From Petrimonas sp. (GTDB lineage Bacteria; Bacteroidota; Bacteroidia; Bacteroidales; Dysgonomonadaceae), in the NCBI GenBank assembly GCA_012839475.1, contig DUNG01000029.1:26497-90496 (forward strand): a stretch of DNA of 64,000 nucleotides, in the 5' to 3' direction. Position 1 is the stretch's first letter, and every line of letters begins with the position of its first letter. The position numbers and the translations under genes were made by a program. This document shows positions 57,374-64,000 of the stretch, in pieces. The notes under the pieces are model-generated. The model saw nothing but the letters and a program-made list of their open reading frames with translations. It was not told the DNA's origin and made no database searches.

Positions 57374-58279
57374 CTACTGGCGATCAAGGCCGATATCGCG
57401 CATCGAGGCGGGATCTTCCACCGGCTCCAGGTGCGTCTGCACGGTCACCGGCTCATCGAACATCTTCACGATGGTCTCCTCTATTCGATCCGCGTATTCG
57501 TGCCCTTTTTGCACGCTCCACTCCCCCGGGACAAGCAGGTGTATCGAGATAAACCTCCGCTGTCCCGCCATCCGGGTTAGCAGGGAGTGATACTCGACCT
57601 GCTCCTGTTTCAAGGAGTCCAGGTAGGCCACGATGCGTGCCACCTCCTCCTCGGGGATAGCGGCATCCATCAGCTTGTTGGCCGATCGGCTTATCAGCTT
57701 GTACCCGGAATAGAGAATATAGATGGCGACGGCGATAGCGATAATCGGGTCAAGAATGTACCAGCCGGTGTAGCTCACGATCACGACCCCCACGACCACC
57801 CCCAGGGTGGTGAACACATCCGTGAGCAGGTGCCTCCCGTCCGCCTCCAAGAGTAGCGAGTTCCGTTTCTTCCCGTTCTTTACCAAGATAGCCCCCACCA
57901 ACAGGTTAACCCCCGCGGCGGCGAGTGAGTAAATCAGTCCCACGTTCACATTCTCGATGGGTTGCGGGTCGATTAGTCTCGGGGCGGCCGTCCAGATAAT
58001 GGAGAAAGCGGCGATTAGGATCAACGCCCCCTCCGTCGCGCTGGAGAAATACTCCGCCTTGCCATGGCCAAACCCGTGTTTCTTGTCGGCCGGTTTCCTC
58101 GACAAATTGAGCATGATCAGCGCGAAGATAGCCGCGAAGAGGTTTACGAGCGACTCCAGGGCATCCGACAGCAACCCCATGGAGCCAGTCACGCGGTATG
58201 CCTGAAACTTGAGCAGGATGGTAACCACCGCCACCCCGATAGAGAGGTAAACAAACGTCTGAAGTGGTCTCGTCTTCAT
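57374..58279 (-). CDS. Cation diffusion facilitator (CDF) divalent-metal efflux protein
   Basis: Six TM helices. TGSMGLLSDALES, HLLTDVF metal-site motifs and a C-terminal cytoplasmic domain. ATG 58279 preferred over the TTG at 58342. Confidence 0.85.
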   Translation of the reverse strand: MKTRPLQTFVYLSIGVAVVTILLKFQAYRVTGSMGLLSDALESLVNLFAAIFALIMLNLSRKPADKKHGFGHGKAEYFSSATEGALILIAAFSIIWTAAPRLIDPQPIENVNVGLIYSLAAAGVNLLVGAILVKNGKKRNSLLLEADGRHLLTDVFTTLGVVVGVVIVSYTGWYILDPIIAIAVAIYILYSGYKLISRSANKLMDAAIPEEEVARIVAYLDSLKQEQVEYHSLLTRMAGQRRFISIHLLVPGEWSVQKGHEYADRIEETIVKMFDEPVTVQTHLEPVEDPASMRDIGLDRQ

Positions 58280-58410
58280 TGCATCTCGTTTTTTAAACAG
58301 CACACAAAGGTAACCATTTTTAACTTCTACCACTCCAATCAATCAAAAAGAGCTTGAATAGTAGTTACAGTTGCCATATATCCTTGTCGTTTTGTCGTTC
58401 GAGTCCCGTT

Positions 58411-61269
58411 TTAAATGCCGTTGGAGAAGCGGTAACTGCCCGCGGCCACCTTAAACAGGGCGTACCCCGCTATTTCGCCCTCTGCTTTGGCGTATCCCGA
58501 CGCTTCTGTCACCTCCCTACCCTCTTCCGCGGGGAAGTGGACGGTCGCCTCACAGTTTGGCGGCACCGTCACCTTCAGTTCCAGCACCCCATTCTCCCTC
58601 ATCCAGGAGGTATAGATAGGACCAGCCGGTGAGTCGTAGGAGGCTTTCACCCAATCGATGGAGTTTTCCGGCAAGCGGGGCACCCGTATGTCGAACGACT
58701 TGAACCCCGGGGCTGTCCGGCGTATGCCTGCCACCCCGTCGATGTACCATGCGCCCGGGTAGAGGTACGAACTATGCAGAAGGGAGTGACCCGGCAGATC
58801 TTTCTCCCACATCTCCCATATGGTGGTCGCCCCGCTATCGCGCATCAAGCCCCAGCTCGGGTAGGTTGTTTGCGACGTCATGGCGTAGATCAGGTCGTCA
58901 CGCTCCTCCTCTCGCAGCACCTTGAAGAGCATCGCACCACCGGTAATCCCCACGTCGATATGTCCATTCTTGTTCACGAGTATCTCTTCCGCCAACCGGT
59001 CCAACACCTTGCCCCGCAGCTCCGGCGGCATCACGTCGCCATAGAGCGCCGCGGCCAGGCTCCGCATTGAGCGATCGGAGTAATTGTTGTCCTCCACGTG
59101 CCAGTAGCGGGCATGGATTGCCTGGGAGGAGCGGTTCGCCTGCTCTTCCCACTTCTCGGCCAGTGCGGTTTCGCCCAGCACATCGGCAATCTTCGCCGCC
59201 GTCCTCAAGTTATTGACCCGGTAACAGTTGTTAAAGAAAACCGTCTCGTCGGAGTAGTTGTTCATCCCCTGGGCGGTCGCTCCCGGCCAAAGCCAGTCGC
59301 CCAAAAAGTCCCACGTGCCACCATACCGTTTCAGCAGGTCCTCTTCCACGTGGCTATCCAGAAACTCCAGCCACCCCGTTATCATCGGTAGGTTCTCACG
59401 GAGAACCCGAGTATCGCCGTAGTACTCATATAGGAACCAGGGGAGCGTCACCACGATCCCACCCCACGCGGGACCCCCGCCCCCGTGGTAGGTCGGCGCG
59501 GTTTGGGGCAGCATGCCGCCCCCCATGTAGCGCCCGCTGCCCTCCTGCTTTCGGGCCCATTCCGGGTCGTTCATGTTCCCCACCATCGGCTCTGTTCCCT
59601 GTACATCCCTCCAGTCCTCTAACCACTTGGAATAGAAGGCACCCAGCTTATAATTCAACAATCCCGTCTCGGAGGTCGCATGCGCGTCACCACCGTAGCC
59701 AAAGCGCTCCCGTTGTGGGCAATCCACGATAAACCCACCGAGCGCCAGGTTCTCGAACGTCCATATCACGGTGTTGTAGATCCAGTTCTGCAGCGGGTCG
59801 GAGCACTCGAACCGTGAGGCGTTCGTGAAGTCGGTACGCACCAGCCACCCTTTAATTGCCTCCTTCTCGGGTACTGCCGTCGCCCCTTTCACGGTGATCC
59901 ATCTCCCCGAGCTATAGTTAAACCGGTTCTCGAAGACCCCCTCGCCGGTCGGTCCCACCACGTATTCATTCCACAGACCAAACGTCATCTCATCTTGTTC
60001 CCTCTCCGAGAAGAGGAAGCGAACGGTATCGCCGGGGTTCGCCTTTACCGGCACGCGTGTCCATCCCGCGAAGTTCACCCCCATATCCACCCGGTAGCTA
60101 CCATCGGGTCGCATCTCAATGGCGATGGGCGTTATCTCGTCGAGCAGCGCGTTGATCTCCACCCTTTGTCCCGACACGGTCAGGTTAGGGTTGTGGGTCG
60201 AGGCATCCTTCCAGTCACTGTCATCAAAAGCTGCCAAGTTCCAGCCCTCTACCTCCCGGTTGGCATCCCATATCTCACCCCCGTAGCCGCCCACGCCAAA
60301 CCCCCAGTTACCCATCAATCGGTTGGGGCTCGGGTGCCTCTTCCACGATCCGTCGGTTATCACTCGCGTAAGCAATTCACCACCCTTACCGTATATATCC
60401 GCTTGCGCGGCCACCAGTGGCGTCCGCAGCTTATCGGGCGTCGCGTAAGGGGCGAAGATAGACCACGACGTTCCCAGCCAGAGGGCGATCACGTTTTTGC
60501 CCCGCGTCAGCGCTGGAGCGATATCGTAAGCGATGTAGCGTGCCCGTTGTGTATGGTCTGTCACCGCCGGCGCCAGCACGTGGTCACCTATTCTTTTCCC
60601 GTTCACGTACACTTCGTGGTACCCCACCGAGGCGACGAACAGGGTAGCCCTGCCCGGTTTCTTAGCCAGGTCGAACGTCTTTCTAAACCACGGGTCCTGC
60701 ATTTTATTGGGACCCTCCGCCGGGTTGTACGCTTCATCCGTGCCAATCCATGTAGCGGTCCACTCCTCGGCCGAAAAGAGGCCGGTGCTCCACTTCGCCA
60801 CCTCGCTGAAGCAGGAGATGTTACCCGTCTCGTCCTTAACAGCCACCTTCCAGTAGTAATCCCTGTCGGATTGCAGCGGCTCACCACTGTACTCGATCAG
60901 CTGCATCTGGTCGGACTCGACCCAGCCGGAATCCCACGCGTTGCCTATCTCGCCACGTAGCTCCATCAAAGAACGGCTCACTAGCACCCGGTAAGCGGTC
61001 TGCCGCTGGCCGAACGCCTTGGAATGGGTCGCCGTTAACGTCCAGCTGAAGCGGGGAGTCGCCACATCAAGTCCTACAGGGTTCACCAGGTACTCGCAGG
61101 TCAGATTTTCAGGCAATACCGATGCCTGCTCCGTCGTTTCTAACGCATGACCTGTCGTGTTCGCAGAAAAAAGGGGAGAGAAGAAGTGAGGGAGTATAAA
61201 AAGGGCAGACAGAAAAAGGGCGACCTTGGAAAGGCCGCCCTGGAAAAAGGTCGTACACCTACTTGACAT
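58411..61269 (-). CDS. GH78 alpha-L-rhamnosidase
   Basis: NLTCEYLVNPVGLDVATPRFSWTL N-terminal signature, followed by an (alpha/alpha)6 catalytic region. 952 aa. Confidence 0.85.
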   Translation of the reverse strand: MSSRCTTFFQGGLSKVALFLSALFILPHFFSPLFSANTTGHALETTEQASVLPENLTCEYLVNPVGLDVATPRFSWTLTATHSKAFGQRQTAYRVLVSRSLMELRGEIGNAWDSGWVESDQMQLIEYSGEPLQSDRDYYWKVAVKDETGNISCFSEVAKWSTGLFSAEEWTATWIGTDEAYNPAEGPNKMQDPWFRKTFDLAKKPGRATLFVASVGYHEVYVNGKRIGDHVLAPAVTDHTQRARYIAYDIAPALTRGKNVIALWLGTSWSIFAPYATPDKLRTPLVAAQADIYGKGGELLTRVITDGSWKRHPSPNRLMGNWGFGVGGYGGEIWDANREVEGWNLAAFDDSDWKDASTHNPNLTVSGQRVEINALLDEITPIAIEMRPDGSYRVDMGVNFAGWTRVPVKANPGDTVRFLFSEREQDEMTFGLWNEYVVGPTGEGVFENRFNYSSGRWITVKGATAVPEKEAIKGWLVRTDFTNASRFECSDPLQNWIYNTVIWTFENLALGGFIVDCPQRERFGYGGDAHATSETGLLNYKLGAFYSKWLEDWRDVQGTEPMVGNMNDPEWARKQEGSGRYMGGGMLPQTAPTYHGGGGPAWGGIVVTLPWFLYEYYGDTRVLRENLPMITGWLEFLDSHVEEDLLKRYGGTWDFLGDWLWPGATAQGMNNYSDETVFFNNCYRVNNLRTAAKIADVLGETALAEKWEEQANRSSQAIHARYWHVEDNNYSDRSMRSLAAALYGDVMPPELRGKVLDRLAEEILVNKNGHIDVGITGGAMLFKVLREEERDDLIYAMTSQTTYPSWGLMRDSGATTIWEMWEKDLPGHSLLHSSYLYPGAWYIDGVAGIRRTAPGFKSFDIRVPRLPENSIDWVKASYDSPAGPIYTSWMRENGVLELKVTVPPNCEATVHFPAEEGREVTEASGYAKAEGEIAGYALFKVAAGSYRFSNGI

Positions 61270-61861
61270 AGCCCACTGACTGCGTCAACAGCACCTCCTG
61301 GCTGGAGGGAAGCTCGAGTAGTTCGCTTAACACTTTCTTATCGAAGAACCCACGAACCACCGTACCCAATCCTTCCGATGCGCAGTAGAGGTAAACATTT
61401 TGTGACACGAAGCCACAATCGATCAACGCGAAATCCCGACTCGATGCTTTCTCCATATCGGAGACGAAAATCAGGTTCAGCGCCGCCTCGGCCACGAAGT
61501 CCTGCATGCCCGCTTGAGCGCGATAATCCCCCTTTTTAACTTCCTTCAAAAGGTTGTTTTTCGCATCGTAAAAGAAGACACCCTCCTTTGTCACCGCGTA
61601 CAGCTCCAGTTCTTGCCGGTTATTCGCCGTAGGTGCCGTCCGCTTATCATCGCGGTTAAATCCGTTGGCCGCCCACAGCAGGTCCGACAGCTGTTGTTGT
61701 GTCAGCGATTTATCCTGGAAAGAACGGTTTGATTGACGCTCATTCAACGCTTGCATTAAAGGTTTCCCCCCGGTTCGGTCGGGGGCGGGCAGTTGGATAT
61801 CCTGTCCAGACACCCACGATGCCATCAAAGAAATTGAAAGTAACATAATAAATCGATTCAT
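61259..61861 (-). CDS. Nitroreductase-fold protein with N-terminal signal peptide
   Basis: Signal peptide (MLLSISLMASWVSGQ). ALNERQSNRSF...LSDLLWAANGFNR nitroreductase/SagB-like motif. The stop overlaps the GH78 start by 11 nt. Confidence 0.7.
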   Translation of the reverse strand: MNRFIMLLSISLMASWVSGQDIQLPAPDRTGGKPLMQALNERQSNRSFQDKSLTQQQLSDLLWAANGFNRDDKRTAPTANNRQELELYAVTKEGVFFYDAKNNLLKEVKKGDYRAQAGMQDFVAEAALNLIFVSDMEKASSRDFALIDCGFVSQNVYLYCASEGLGTVVRGFFDKKVLSELLELPSSQEVLLTQSVGYVK

Positions 61862-62087
61862 AATAACTGATTTTAAAACATTAGACTACGAATTTAAGCA
61901 AAAAAGTGCATTTTATCAACTACATCTTCACCTTACAATTAAAATAGGCGCTTACCTGTTTTTTAAAAAGTCCCTTAGTCAAAGCACGATTACACCTCTT
62001 TATAGGCTTGCGTCCTTGTTCACCATTGTGACAAAATATCGCAACACTCTCTTGAAGTCATCCTCTGTCCGCCGGGTTTGTCCGCCT

Positions 62088-62975
62088 CTACATTGGCAAA
62101 TACTTCAACAACAACTCTTTACTTTTAATCACATTCTCTCTTCCGCTCGATTCAATCCCGTACCAGCCCCTATAACCCGAATCATAGGTCATTTTTATCA
62201 TTTCTTCTGTTAACGCATCAGTCGGTTGGTTCCTGAAAGACATCCCCCCGGAATAGGGGAGGGTTTTCCGAAGGAAATCAACATTGTCAAAGTCACCTCC
62301 CGGTTGCCGCCAGTCGGGTAGAACTCCAAAATACTTGCTATTCACCTCCTTCATCAGCGACACCAACCAATCGGCATCGTTAGAGACGCCGCCATGATTT
62401 TCAATTAAGATACTGATATTGGCTGGAATCGCGTACTCGAGCATCATGTTGTACGTTTCGGCAGACCATTTCAATGCTTCTGTTTTGGAGACACCTTGCT
62501 CACCAATACAGTTTGTTCGAATAGCGTGACAGCCTAGGTACTGCGCTATATCGATCCATTTGCGATGGTTTATAACCGTTTGCTTCCGCTCTTCCTTCGA
62601 GGGGGTACATGTTTCACCCTCCGCGTCAACCATTATCAACACCATCTGAACACCATAATCATCGGCGTTCTTTTTCAGCTCATTCAGGTAGTTAAACGTG
62701 GGCACCCCGAAAAGGGTATTCACGAACTCAATACCATTAATTCCAAAATCCTCTCGGGCTATCCTGGGAAAATCCAGGTTGGTCCATTTCCCACTATGAA
62801 TCTCATCTACTAATGCCCATTGAGCAAGAGAGATATCGTTCTTGCCAATCCACACCGCTTTCGGAGCAGCCTGAGCGGTCTCGGTTCTTAAAAATGAGGG
62901 TGCTATCACACTACCCACTCCAATTGCAAGTGATTTGCCAATAAAACCACGACGAGTTACATGTTTCATTTTCAC
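62088..62975 (-). CDS. Xylose-isomerase-like TIM-barrel protein (sugar phosphate isomerase/epimerase family) with Tat signal
   Basis: Twin-arginine motif TRRGFIGKSLAIGVG. AP-endonuclease-2/xylose-isomerase-like barrel segments (LIENHGG, GWYGIE). Confidence 0.75.
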   Translation of the reverse strand: MKMKHVTRRGFIGKSLAIGVGSVIAPSFLRTETAQAAPKAVWIGKNDISLAQWALVDEIHSGKWTNLDFPRIAREDFGINGIEFVNTLFGVPTFNYLNELKKNADDYGVQMVLIMVDAEGETCTPSKEERKQTVINHRKWIDIAQYLGCHAIRTNCIGEQGVSKTEALKWSAETYNMMLEYAIPANISILIENHGGVSNDADWLVSLMKEVNSKYFGVLPDWRQPGGDFDNVDFLRKTLPYSGGMSFRNQPTDALTEEMIKMTYDSGYRGWYGIESSGRENVIKSKELLLKYLPM

Positions 62976-63019
62976 AATCTTTTATAAACAAACACTCAGT
63001 TACCTCACCACTTGTCACG

Positions 63020-64000
63020 TTAAATCTCCCATCCCTCCCTGTATTCAGAGCGACCCAGGTAGTTGTTGGCTTCGGATATATTCGTGACTTTCATGTTTTT
63101 GTAATCATAAAGCACTTTACGCCTCGCCCTCAATGCAACGGATGCTAGCTGGGCTGTCTCAAGTACAGCCGCGGCATTCGCGAAACTTCCGGGCGACTGT
63201 TCTCCACTTCGAATCGATTCAATCCACACGTCCGTAGCGTTAACTTGTTGATGGGTACTTTCCGGTGAGTTTTTTGAGCCCGTTACAGAGATCATCCTCG
63301 CTTCCGGTATGATGACCGGATTTTCACACAAGAAACCACCAATGATTTTCCCTTCGTCTCCTACGAACATCATTCCCTCACTATCCAGTTCTTTATTATC
63401 CATTTCTATTTCAGGAGGTATTGAAGGACGCATTCCGCCATCGTACCAGAACAGATCGAAGGGAGTTGTTCCCGTTGTCTGATCGAACTTCCACCTGATT
63501 ACAGAAGACAGTGGGAATGCCACGTCATTCGTGACCCCGATCATCTCACCTTTTTCACCCACCGTTCTGGTGGTGGTACCCATTGCATCTATCGAATAGG
63601 GAGGGGCATCTATTCCAAAAGTTCTAAACAGGGGCAACAAACTATAAATGCCCATATCGGCGATACTCCCCGCTCCAAAATCATACCATCCACGATAATT
63701 CGTATGCGTGTAACCTGGATGGTAAGGTCGATTAGGCCACGCACCCAGCCATAGGTCCCAATCAAACCCTTTAGGAATTTCGGGATACTCGGTAAAATAA
63801 CTTTGCCACTGTTGCCACACGGGTCGGAATGACCAGTTATGGATCTCCCTTAATTCTCCTATCACCCCATCATCGATCCACTTTTTCACCGTTTCATACC
63901 GCTCATGTATTGGCGACCATGCAAGCAGGTGGGTAACGATGTCAGGATGTTTCCTGGCTTCGTTGATAACAGCTCTTACCTCATGAACGCGAACACCAAG
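63020..64000 (-). CDS. Gfo/Idh/MocA-family oxidoreductase, C-terminal part (5' end outside the window)
   Basis: The frame stays open from the track's GTG (63889) to the window edge. The read-through translation is ...RKHPDIVTHLLAWSPIHERYETVKKWIDDGVIGELREIHNW, a typical Gfo/Idh/MocA dimerisation-domain start. Confidence 0.75.
   Translation of the reverse strand, partial: LGVRVHEVRAVINEARKHPDIVTHLLAWSPIHERYETVKKWIDDGVIGELREIHNWSFRPVWQQWQSYFTEYPEIPKGFDWDLWLGAWPNRPYHPGYTHTNYRGWYDFGAGSIADMGIYSLLPLFRTFGIDAPPYSIDAMGTTTRTVGEKGEMIGVTNDVAFPLSSVIRWKFDQTTGTTPFDLFWYDGGMRPSIPPEIEMDNKELDSEGMMFVGDEGKIIGGFLCENPVIIPEARMISVTGSKNSPESTHQQVNATDVWIESIRSGEQSPGSFANAAAVLETAQLASVALRARRKVLYDYKNMKVTNISEANNYLGRSEYREGWEI

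Noticed and set aside
59995-60960. Long antisense or out-of-frame ORFs inside large genes (for example 59995-60960, 36254-36898, 37073-37822, 49398-49871, 47333-47839, 25644-26117)
   Set aside because: These are shadow ORFs on the opposite strand of, or out of frame with, genes that carry strong family signatures. Their translations are R/P/G/H-rich and low in complexity, with no recognisable motifs.

Overview
Bacteroidota-type chromosomal segment, judged from SusC/SusD pairs, hybrid two-component regulators (HTCS), lipoprotein signals, TAnnTTTG-type promoter boxes and no Shine-Dalgarno sequences. Almost all of it is polysaccharide-utilisation genes. All family calls come from motif recognition by eye; no searches were run.

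Layout:
(1) 1-14.6 kb: the 3' part of a susC-like gene, a susD-like gene, a CE1-type esterase, a CE15-type glucuronoyl esterase, HTCS no. 1 (minus strand), a GH31 and a cutinase-like alpha/beta hydrolase.
(2) 14.7-40.8 kb: 14 minus-strand genes for arabinan/arabinogalactan breakdown and L-arabinose catabolism. These are GH51 x3, GH127, a Na+/sugar symporter, araB-araA-araD, GH97, GH43 x3 and GH2 x2.
(3) 41.1-55.8 kb: HTCS no. 2, then lipoprotein, SusC, SusD, GH43 and a fimbrillin-like lipoprotein.
(4) 56-64 kb: MATE and CDF transporters, GH78 rhamnosidase, an exported nitroreductase-like protein, a Tat-signal TIM-barrel protein and a 5'-truncated Gfo/Idh/MocA oxidoreductase.

I found no rRNA, tRNA, CRISPR array, transposase, integrase or phage genes. 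I do not see a self-contained new multi-gene system.

The least explained signals are non-coding:
(a) Mirror-image, 21-bp-phased TCCACC repeats flank the HTCS no. 2 gene. Each pair sits exactly 20 nt upstream of a -7-type promoter box, which makes them candidate HTCS operators.
(b) A family of 78-79 bp hairpin-forming tandem repeats occurs at two loci, one of them filling an unusually long susC-susD gap.
(c) A conserved module, GTTCCATACAC-N-GAAATGTAAAA...AATCGTATG, lies at a fixed 35-38 nt upstream of four start codons. At one locus it is part of a perfect 40-bp palindrome.

The coding oddities are an internally duplicated lipoprotein placed ahead of SusC, a CE15 that lacks the motif Arg, an (ATGAATCGT)x3 start-codon repeat, and a decayed gene relic.
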